A stretch of 64,000 nt of DNA, taken from positions 1,280,001 to 1,344,000 of the forward strand of contig JBKAGP010000001.1 of NCBI GenBank assembly GCA_046290465.1. Reading direction: 5' to 3'. This DNA is from Planctomycetota bacterium. GTDB taxonomy: Bacteria > Planctomycetota > UBA1135 > UBA2386. The first letter of the stretch is position 1. Each line of letters opens with the position of its first letter. The notes under the pieces are model-generated. The model was not told where the DNA came from and made no database searches. It was given only the letters and a program-made list of their open reading frames with translations. The position numbers were made by a program, and so were the translations under genes. Positions 27,055 through 34,704 of the stretch are shown here, piece by piece.

Positions 27055-27533
27055 ACGAACGTCGCCTCGCGCGCCTCGCCGAACAGATCAAGCAGCGCCT
27101 CGCCCAGGTGCTGCAGCGGGAACTCGCCGACCCCAAGCTCGGCCTGGTCACGATCACCCGCATCGAACTCGACAAGGAGTTCACCCAGTGCAAGGCCTAC
27201 TGGTCGGTGCTCGCCCCCACGGGCAAGGAGGACATCGCGCGCCGCGAGTCCGCCGAGGTGCTGGCGCGCGCTACCGGCTTCTGCCAGCGCGAGATCGGCG
27301 CGGTGCTGCACACGCGCTCGGTGCCACACCTGCAGTTCCTGTTCGATGAGGGCATCGGCGGCTCGATCCGGATGCAGCAGCTGCTGAAGGAGCTCAACCC
27401 GGGCGGCGCCGATCGCGGGGACCAACCGGAAGGCAGCGACGCCGAGGCCCAGGATGGCAGCGCCGAGGCCCAGGACGGCAGCGCCGAGGCCCCGGACGCC
27501 GACGATCCGCCCCCCGCTCCCCCGAAGGAGTAG
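27051..27533 (+). CDS. rbfA: Ribosome-binding factor A
   Basis: RLARLAEQIKQ, DPKLGLVTITRIEL, RSVPHLQFLFD. The C-terminal tail has a 21-bp EAQDGSA repeat. Confidence 0.92.
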   Translation: MNERRLARLAEQIKQRLAQVLQRELADPKLGLVTITRIELDKEFTQCKAYWSVLAPTGKEDIARRESAEVLARATGFCQREIGAVLHTRSVPHLQFLFDEGIGGSIRMQQLLKELNPGGADRGDQPEGSDAEAQDGSAEAQDGSAEAPDADDPPPAPPKE

Positions 27534-27613
27534 CCGCCGGCGCGACGACCGGGGAAGATGCCGGGGTCCGACGAATCCGAGAGTTCGTCCCAGCTGTCTC
27601 CGTTGCCGACGCC

Positions 27614-28582
27614 ATGCGCCTCCTCCTCCTGTCGCTGATCCCCCTCACGCTGCTGCCCGCGCAGCAGGAACCTGCGGCACCCGAAGGCGTGCCCGCCGCC
27701 GCCCGGCAGAAGCTGGCCGACGCGCTGACCAAGACCTCGCAGCAGCACGGCACCGCGTTCGAGCTGAAGTGGGGTCCGACCGGCAAGCAGGACGACAACA
27801 ACCCGTTCGGTCGCATCCTCGGCGCCCGCATGAAGGGCAAGGTCGCGGGCAGCTGGCACGACGGCCTGACGCACGTCCGGTTCGACGGGGACGAGGGCGA
27901 CGAACTGCTGCTGGCGGGCGCGCGCATGCTCGCCAAGGACGGCACCCGCGACTGGTGCCGGCGCCGTGGCCACTACGCCGACGGCAACAAGCTCGACTTC
28001 GTCCCCGATCCGCAGGCGCTGCTGCAGCAGCTCGGCGGCTGGCCGCTGGCGGTGACCCAGCGCGGCGCCGGGTCGTTCGACGACCGCCCGGTCGAGGTGC
28101 TGTCGGTCACGCTGACCAACGAGCAGTGCGCCGACCTGTTCTACGCGGGCGCGCTGCCGCAGGCGCTCAAGTATGGCGGCAACATGTTCGGCAACGCCGT
28201 GCAGCTCGCCATCGGCGGCGCCGCCGGCCGCCAGGCGCCGCCGGCCCCCAACCTGACCGTCGACCTCGCGATCTCGCTCGATCCGGGCACCGGTCGGGTG
28301 TTCGAGGTCCGCGGCAACGCCTGGGCCGAGAAGAACGGCAACGGCAACGTGTTCGTCTTCCATCGCGGCGCCGGCCAGGTGCAGGTCGGGGGTGCCGGCC
28401 AGGAGGACGAGGAAGAAGAAGAGGAGGAAGCCGAGCCCGAAGGCCCGCTCCAGTACAAGGACGGCCTGCCGCAGCGGAACAAGAAGAAGCTGTCGTGCAC
28501 GGCGTTCACGCTGCGCCTGACGCAGCACGGCCAGGCCGCGAAGCCGCAACTGACCGAAGCGCAGCAGAAGCTGCTGAAGTAG
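27614..28582 (+). CDS. Secreted hypothetical protein
   Basis: Signal peptide MRLLLLSLIPLTLLPAQQ, GC3-rich codons and a poly-Glu patch. Confidence 0.75.
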   Translation: MRLLLLSLIPLTLLPAQQEPAAPEGVPAAARQKLADALTKTSQQHGTAFELKWGPTGKQDDNNPFGRILGARMKGKVAGSWHDGLTHVRFDGDEGDELLLAGARMLAKDGTRDWCRRRGHYADGNKLDFVPDPQALLQQLGGWPLAVTQRGAGSFDDRPVEVLSVTLTNEQCADLFYAGALPQALKYGGNMFGNAVQLAIGGAAGRQAPPAPNLTVDLAISLDPGTGRVFEVRGNAWAEKNGNGNVFVFHRGAGQVQVGGAGQEDEEEEEEEAEPEGPLQYKDGLPQRNKKKLSCTAFTLRLTQHGQAAKPQLTEAQQKLLK

Positions 28583-28660
28583 GGCCGGATCCTCGATCGG
28601 ACCCGCAGGAGGCGGCCGCCAGCGACAGGTCCGCGACCGCGGTCGGCCACCAGGAGCGCC

Positions 28661-29506
28661 ATGCGAAACGCCGTCCTGCCGTTCGTCCTGGCGCTGCCGC
28701 TGTGCGCGGCGGCGCAGCAGCAGCCGGAGAGCCGGCCGGCGCACCCGACCCCGAAGCAGCTGCGCATCCAACGCCTGCACGACGACCTCACCGAGACCGT
28801 GGCACAGCTGCAGAAGGCACACGCGTTTCGCGGCACGGTCGTGTTCACGTCGCAGAACGACCTCAACCAGGTCGCGCCGCTCGACAAGGCATTCGTCGGC
28901 GCCCGCGACGGCACCGACCGTTGGTTCGCGCTCGACGACTGGCGCGTCGTGCAGCGACGCGATCGCACCGCGGTGCGGCGCGGCCAGCAGGGTGGCTGGC
29001 GCGAGCCCCTCGGCGACACGCCGGACGTGCCGCTGACCCCCGCGCTGCTGCTGCCGCACTTCCGGACGGCCGAGCTGTCGCCACCAGGACCGACCATGCA
29101 CAACGACCGCCCCGCGATGCGCGTGCACGCGACGTGGGCGGGCAAGGCGGCGAAGAAGGTGCTCTACGCCACCACCGTGCCGTCCTCGCAGCATGAACAG
29201 CTCATCGAAGCGCTGGCGAGCGCCGCCAGCCGCGGCAACGACAAGGTGCACGTCAGCGCGACGCTGCTCTACGATCCCGCGACACGCCGGTGGATCGAGG
29301 CGAGCCTGCGGTTCGCCTACCTCGACGGCCGCCCGTTCGCCGAGCACGAAGAACGCCCCGAACCGCCGCACGGCCTGCGGCCACTGCCGGGCAGGGTCAC
29401 GCTGCAGGCGATCTGGCACCTGCAGACGTGCAAGCCGGAGCAGGCCCCGAAGCCCGAACTCGACGACGAGGCGCAGCGCGTGCTGCGGCCGCGCAAGCGG
29501 CGCTGA
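28661..29506 (+). CDS. Secreted hypothetical protein
   Basis: AGGAG RBS and signal peptide MRNAVLPFVLALPLCAAAQQQ. Confidence 0.75.
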   Translation: MRNAVLPFVLALPLCAAAQQQPESRPAHPTPKQLRIQRLHDDLTETVAQLQKAHAFRGTVVFTSQNDLNQVAPLDKAFVGARDGTDRWFALDDWRVVQRRDRTAVRRGQQGGWREPLGDTPDVPLTPALLLPHFRTAELSPPGPTMHNDRPAMRVHATWAGKAAKKVLYATTVPSSQHEQLIEALASAASRGNDKVHVSATLLYDPATRRWIEASLRFAYLDGRPFAEHEERPEPPHGLRPLPGRVTLQAIWHLQTCKPEQAPKPELDDEAQRVLRPRKRR

Positions 29507-29510
29507 GCCG

Positions 29511-30578
29511 CTACTGCATGCGCAACAACGGCCCGTCGTCGTCGCGGGACACGAACCGACCTGCGATGGCGTGCGCTGGCACCCCGGCATCGCGCAGACG
29601 ATCGCTGAGCGCCTGCGCCTGCGCCTCGGGCAGCGCGATCAGCAGGCCACCGGACGTCTCGGCGTCGAACACCAGGTCGGCGAGCGCCTCGTCGACGTCG
29701 GTGCCGATCTCGACGCGAGCACCGAAGTGGCGCTTGCCGCGCGCGCAGCCGCCCGACAGCGCCCCCGCACGGACCAGTTCGAGCGCCCCTTCCATCAGCG
29801 GCAGGCTGCCGCTGTCGACGACCAGTTGCAGCCCCGCACCCTCGGCCATCTCGCACGAGTGGCCGGCGAAGCCGAAGCCGGTGATGTCGGTCGCGGCGTG
29901 CACGTCGAACTCCGTCGCGATCTCGGCCGCGGCCTTGTTGAGCGTCGCCATCACCGCCATCGCGCGTTCGGTCATCGCGGCGTCAGCGGCACCGGCCTCC
30001 ATCTTGTCCTTCTTCATCGCCGTCGACACCGCGCCCATGCCGAGCGGCTTGGTGACCAGCAGCGCATCTCCGTCCCTGGCGCCGCTGTTGCGCCAGAAGC
30101 GGTCCGGGTGCACGACACCGGTCACCGACAGCCCGTACTTGATCTCGCTGTCGACCACGGAGTGGCCGCCGCACAGCGACGCGCCCGCCTCCTCGGTCTT
30201 CTCGAGGCCACCGGCGAGGATCTCGCCGAGGATCTCGACGTCGAGCACGTTCGGCCAGCCGACGATGTTCATCGCGGTCAAACAGCGGCCGCCCATCGCG
30301 AACACGTCGGACAGCGAGTTGGCGGCGGCGATGCGTCCGAACCAGCGGGGGTCGTCGACGATCGGCGGGAAGAAGTCGAGCGTCTGCACCAGCGCGCGCT
30401 CGGCGTCGATACGCAGCACCCCCGCGTCCTCGAAGCCGGCGTGGCCGGCCAGGAGGTCGTCGTTCGGCGTCGCCTTCAGCTTGTGGAGAACCTGCCCGAG
30501 GCTCCCCGGCGGCAGCTTCGCTGCTCAACCGGCGCTGGAGGCGTAGCGCGTCAGGCGCAGATCAGGGGTCTCGGTCAT
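29511..30578 (-). CDS. selD: Selenide, water dikinase containing selenocysteine (TGA 30525-30527)
   Basis: MTETPDLRLTRYASSAG-U-AAKLPPGSL continues in frame into EDAGV, QTLDFFPPIVDDP, AANSLSDVFAMGG, GGHS, LTKPLG-like, TDITGFG and DAETSGGLL. Confidence 0.96.
30492..30515 (-). promoter_or_regulatory. Candidate SECIS hairpin of selD
   Basis: mRNA CUGCC-GC-CGGG-GAGC-CUCG-GGCAG at +10..+33 after UGA; the loop starts with G at +21. Confidence 0.6.
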
Positions 30579-30586
30579 GGCTTCCT

Positions 30587-31978
30587 TTATGCGTGCAACG
30601 CCTGCCGAACGGCAAGGGCGACGGCGTCGAGATCTTCGAGCAACAGCGTGCGCGCATCGAGCAGCACCTTGCCGTCGGCGACCCGCGCGAACACGCTGAC
30701 CGGCTGCGCGGCACGCAGCAGGTCGCACTCGCGGTCCCCGCCCGCGAACGCCGTCGCGAAGCTCGGCAGCGGCTTGGCGGGGTTGGCGCCGGACCCCGCG
30801 AACGAGTCGCTGCGCACGACCTCGGCGCCGTGCTCGGAGAGCAGCATCGCCAACGCCTGCGCGCGCTCCTCGAGGTCCTCGGGCGTGGCCGACAGCATGC
30901 GCAGCGTCGGCACGGCCTGCAGCGGGTCGCCGTCGCGGTAGAGCAGCAGCGTCGCCTCGAGCGCCGCGTGGGTCAGCTTGTCGCAGCGCATCGCGCGGTA
31001 GAGCGGGTGCGCGCGGCAGCGCGCGACCAGTTCGCTGTCGCCGACCAGGATGCCGCACTGCGGGCCGCCGAGCAGCTTGTCGCCGCTGAAGCAGGTCACG
31101 TGCGCCCCCATCTCGAGGCTGGTCGCGACGCGCGGCTCGTCGACGAGGCCGGGCAGCGGGTCGTTCCACAGCAGGCCCGAGCCGAGATCGTCGAGCACCA
31201 GCACCTCGCCGTCCTGCGCGTCGGCCAGTTCGCGCAGCTCGCGAACCGACGGCGTCGAAGCGAAGCCCTCGATGCGGAAGTTGCTCGGGTGCACCTTCAG
31301 GTAGGCCGAGGTGCGCTCGGTGGTGGCGCCGCGGAAGTCGCGCAGGTGGGTCTTGTTGGTCGCGCCGACCTCGACCATCTCGCAGCCGGCGCGCTTCATC
31401 ACGTCCGGCACGCGGAAGCCGCCGCCGATCTCGACCAGTTCGCCGCGCGACACGACCACTTCGGTGCCGGCCGTCAGCGCCGCCAGCATCAGGGTCGTGG
31501 CCGCGGCGTTGTTGTTGACGATCAGCGCGCCGCCGGCGCCGGTCAGGTCCCGCAGCAGCCCGGCCACCGCGCACTCGCGCTGGTCGCGCACGCCGGTGAT
31601 CGGATCGACCTCGACGATCGCGTAGCCGGCGGCGCCGGCCATCGCGTCGATCGCGGCCGGGGCGAGCGGCGCCCGGCCGATGCCGGTGTGCAGCACGATG
31701 CCGGTCGCGTTGTAGACCCGCTGGTGGCGACGCCGCTGCAGCACCTCGCAACGCCGCGTGATCGTCTGCACCAACGCTTCGGGCCGGCACTGCGCCTCCA
31801 TCGCCCCCGGGTCGATGGCGCCGTCGAGCGCGCCGCGGCGCAGTTCGTCGACGAGTTCGCGCACGACGCGCGTCAACGCGGGCTTCGGCAACGCCGCCAG
31901 CGCGTCGTGGCGCAGCAGCTGGTCCACCGATGGCAGGAGTCGCAGGGCGGCAGAACGGTCGGCGTCGGTTCTAGGCAT
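30587..31978 (-). CDS. selA: L-seryl-tRNA(Sec) selenium transferase
   Basis: LRLLPSVD, NATGIVLHTGIGRA, VNNNAAA, SRGELVEIGGGFRVPD, EVGATNKTH, KVHPSNF, DLGSG, FSGDKLLGGPQ. Confidence 0.96.
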   Translation of the reverse strand: MPRTDADRSAALRLLPSVDQLLRHDALAALPKPALTRVVRELVDELRRGALDGAIDPGAMEAQCRPEALVQTITRRCEVLQRRRHQRVYNATGIVLHTGIGRAPLAPAAIDAMAGAAGYAIVEVDPITGVRDQRECAVAGLLRDLTGAGGALIVNNNAAATTLMLAALTAGTEVVVSRGELVEIGGGFRVPDVMKRAGCEMVEVGATNKTHLRDFRGATTERTSAYLKVHPSNFRIEGFASTPSVRELRELADAQDGEVLVLDDLGSGLLWNDPLPGLVDEPRVATSLEMGAHVTCFSGDKLLGGPQCGILVGDSELVARCRAHPLYRAMRCDKLTHAALEATLLLYRDGDPLQAVPTLRMLSATPEDLEERAQALAMLLSEHGAEVVRSDSFAGSGANPAKPLPSFATAFAGGDRECDLLRAAQPVSVFARVADGKVLLDARTLLLEDLDAVALAVRQALHA

Positions 31979-32011
31979 ACGGGTGACGGTTGCTAACATA
32001 CCCGACCGCAC

Positions 32012-33712
32012 ATGCTTCGCGCTGCCCTCGAGACGCCCAGACCCGATCCGCGCGAACAGGCGCTCGCCCGCACGCTCGGCATGCCCGATCTGGTCGCGCG
32101 GGTGATGCTGGCGCGCGGCATCGACAGCCCGGAGCAGGCCAGGAGCTTCCTGCGGCCGGATCTCGGCAGCCTGCACGATCCGTTCCAGTTCCAGGACATG
32201 GAGAAGGCGGTGGCGCGCGTGCGCGACGCGCTGCGCGCGGGCGATCCGATCCTGATCCACGGCGACTACGACGTCGACGGCATCAGCGGCACGGTGCTGC
32301 TGCACAAGTTCCTCAGCCTGCTGCACTGCACGACGCGGCCGTACATCCCGGCCCGCGCCGACGGCTACTCGTTCTCGGCGGCGAGCGTCAAGGCGATCAA
32401 GGACGGCGGCTTTCCGCTGGTGATCTCCGTCGACAACGGCACCAACGCGATCGAGCCGATCGCCGAGCTGCAGCGCTCCGGCGTCGACGTGATCGTGACC
32501 GACCACCACGGCACCACCGAGAACGTCGCCGACGCCTACTGCCTGCTGAACCCGCGGCTGCCGGACGCCGGCTACCCCGACCGCAACCTGGCCGGCTGCG
32601 GGGTCGCGTTCTGCCTGGTCGCCGCGATGGCCGAGTCGCTGAGCACGACGATGCGGCGCAGCTCGGAGTTCGCCGACTTCCTGGTCGACGCGATGGGCTA
32701 CATCGCGCTCGGCACCGTCGCCGACGTGGCGCCGCTGTGCGGCGAGAACCGCACGCTGGTCTACCACGGCCTGCGCTCGCTGAGCGTCAGCCGCAACCCG
32801 GGCATCCGGGCGCTGATGGACGCCGCCGGGCTGCTGCATCGCGGCGCCGGGGTCGAGGACATCGCGTTCCGGCTGGCGCCTCTGATCAACGCCGCGGGCC
32901 GCGTCGGCCACGCCGACGACGCCGTCGCGCTGCTGTGCGCCAAGGGCTTTCCCGAGGCGCAGGCCGCCGCCAGGGTGCTCGAAGGCCACAACGAACAGCG
33001 CCGCAAGGTCGAGCGCGCGCTGCAGGACGAGGTGCTGCAGCTGACCGCCGAGCACGAAGGCCCGGCGGTCGTGCTGGGTGCCGACCACTGGCACCCGGGC
33101 GTGCTCGGCATCGTCGCTGCGCGCATCGCCGAACAGACCCACAAGCCGGTGCTGCTGCTGGCGTTCGAGGGCGACACCGGCCGAGGTTCCGGCCGCTGCA
33201 CCAACGGCGTACACCTGCGCGACGCGCTCGGCGCCTGCTCCGACCTGCTGGTCGCGCACGGCGGCCACGCCGCCGCCGCCGGCCTCGAGATCAAGCGCGA
33301 GAACTTCTCGGCGTTCCGCGAGCGCTTCGGCGAGGCCTGCCAGCGCCTGGCGCCGAGCGAGCATCCGTTCCGGGTCGACGGACTGGCAGCCTTCGGCGAG
33401 CTCGATCCGCAGACGATTCGTCGGCTCGAGTCGCTCGGGCCGTTCGGCAACGGCCATCCGCGTCCGCGCTTCGTCACCCACGACGTCAAGATCGTCGGCA
33501 ACCCGTTCGTCGAGATGCGCGGCCAACACGTGCGCGTGCGGCTGGCCAAGGGCGGCGACCTGCTGCCGGCCCGGGTCGTGCGCGGCGTCGAGCACTTCGA
33601 GACCATGCGCAACAACAAGGGGCCGTGGTCGATCGCCTACACGCCGCGGCTCAGCTCGCGCGGCGAGGACGGCCCGGTCCAGCTCGACGTGCACGACCTG
33701 TCGGCGGGCTAG
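32012..33712 (+). CDS. recJ: Single-stranded-DNA-specific exonuclease RecJ
   Basis: GDYDVDG, VDNG, TDHH, LGTVADV, INAAGR, HPGVLGIVA, GSGR, HGGHAAAAG. Confidence 0.95.
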   Translation: MLRAALETPRPDPREQALARTLGMPDLVARVMLARGIDSPEQARSFLRPDLGSLHDPFQFQDMEKAVARVRDALRAGDPILIHGDYDVDGISGTVLLHKFLSLLHCTTRPYIPARADGYSFSAASVKAIKDGGFPLVISVDNGTNAIEPIAELQRSGVDVIVTDHHGTTENVADAYCLLNPRLPDAGYPDRNLAGCGVAFCLVAAMAESLSTTMRRSSEFADFLVDAMGYIALGTVADVAPLCGENRTLVYHGLRSLSVSRNPGIRALMDAAGLLHRGAGVEDIAFRLAPLINAAGRVGHADDAVALLCAKGFPEAQAAARVLEGHNEQRRKVERALQDEVLQLTAEHEGPAVVLGADHWHPGVLGIVAARIAEQTHKPVLLLAFEGDTGRGSGRCTNGVHLRDALGACSDLLVAHGGHAAAAGLEIKRENFSAFRERFGEACQRLAPSEHPFRVDGLAAFGELDPQTIRRLESLGPFGNGHPRPRFVTHDVKIVGNPFVEMRGQHVRVRLAKGGDLLPARVVRGVEHFETMRNNKGPWSIAYTPRLSSRGEDGPVQLDVHDLSAG

Positions 33713-33876
33713 GAGCGCGTCCATCTTGTGGACGCGTTGCCAACCGTGATGGCGTAAGCGACGTATACGCGTGCGGACGGGGCTTTGCCCGTTAGAGCGC
33801 GTCCATCTTGTGGACGCGCTGCCAACCGTGATCGCGGAAGCGGCGAGTACGCGTGCGGAAGGGGCTTTGCCCGCTA
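33713..33876. repeat. Two tandem 82-bp units with internal inverted repeats (REP/MITE-like)
   Basis: 33713-33794 and 33795-33876 both start GAGCGCGTCCATCTTGTGGACGCG and end GGGGCTTTGCCCGYTA. Confidence 0.85.
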
Positions 33877-33950
33877 GCGGACCGCCGTTCTCGACAGAAC
33901 CGGCGAAGCCACGTTCGCAAAGGCAGGGCCACTTGCCGATAGTGACCGCC

Positions 33951-34667
33951 GTGACGAGCACCGCCGACCACGCCACTCCGCAGCAGCCCGAACGCAAGGG
34001 CCCGATCCGCCGCCTCTACGACTGGGTGATCGGCTGGGCCGACACGCGCTTCGCGGTGGCGGCGCTGTTCGTGCTGGCGTTCGCCGAGAGCAGCTTCTTC
34101 CCGATCCCGCCCGACGTGCTGATGATCGCGATGTGCATCGGCTGCGTGCCGATGAGCTACCGCTACGCGACCTGGTGCTCGATCGGCTCGGTGATCGGCG
34201 GTGCGGCCGGCTACGCGATCGGCTTCTTCCTGTGGGAGATCGACGGCGTGCAGCAGTTCTTCTTCGACTACATCCCCGGCGTCAGCCCGGCGACGGTCGA
34301 CAAGGTCGGCGGCCTCTACGAGCAGTACAGCTTCTGGATCGTGTTCGCGGCGGCGTTCACGCCGATCCCGTACAAGGTGATCACGATCCTGGCCGGGGTG
34401 TTCGCGATCAACTTCCCGATGTTCCTGCTCGGTTCGGCGATCGGCCGTTCGGCGCGGTTCTTCCTGGTTGCGTGGCTGTTCAAGAAGTTCGGGCCGGGCA
34501 TCAAGGAGTTCATCGAGAAGCGCTTCGCGCTGGTGACGTTCCTCGGCACCGTGCTGCTGGTCTCTGGCTTCGTCGCGATCAAGTTCGTGTTCCACACCGA
34601 CGATCCGCCGAAGGTCGAGGACGGCCGGCAGTTCGACGGCCCGAACGGCAACGACGACGGCAAGTGA
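33951..34667 (+). CDS. YqaA/DedA-family (VTT domain) membrane protein
   Basis: RRLYDWV, FAESSFFPIPPD, FTPIPYKVITI, GRSARFF. The GTG start is approximate. Confidence 0.9.
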   Translation: MTSTADHATPQQPERKGPIRRLYDWVIGWADTRFAVAALFVLAFAESSFFPIPPDVLMIAMCIGCVPMSYRYATWCSIGSVIGGAAGYAIGFFLWEIDGVQQFFFDYIPGVSPATVDKVGGLYEQYSFWIVFAAAFTPIPYKVITILAGVFAINFPMFLLGSAIGRSARFFLVAWLFKKFGPGIKEFIEKRFALVTFLGTVLLVSGFVAIKFVFHTDDPPKVEDGRQFDGPNGNDDGK

Positions 34668-34704
34668 TCTCGCTTCGATCCGCCGCGGCGCTACAAAGGA
34701 GCGC

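Noticed and set aside
33713..33876. CRISPR array interpretation of the 82-bp or 14-bp repeats
   Set aside because: There are only two 82-bp units, similar along their whole length with no unique spacers. The 14-bp repeats are contiguous, and no cas genes are present.
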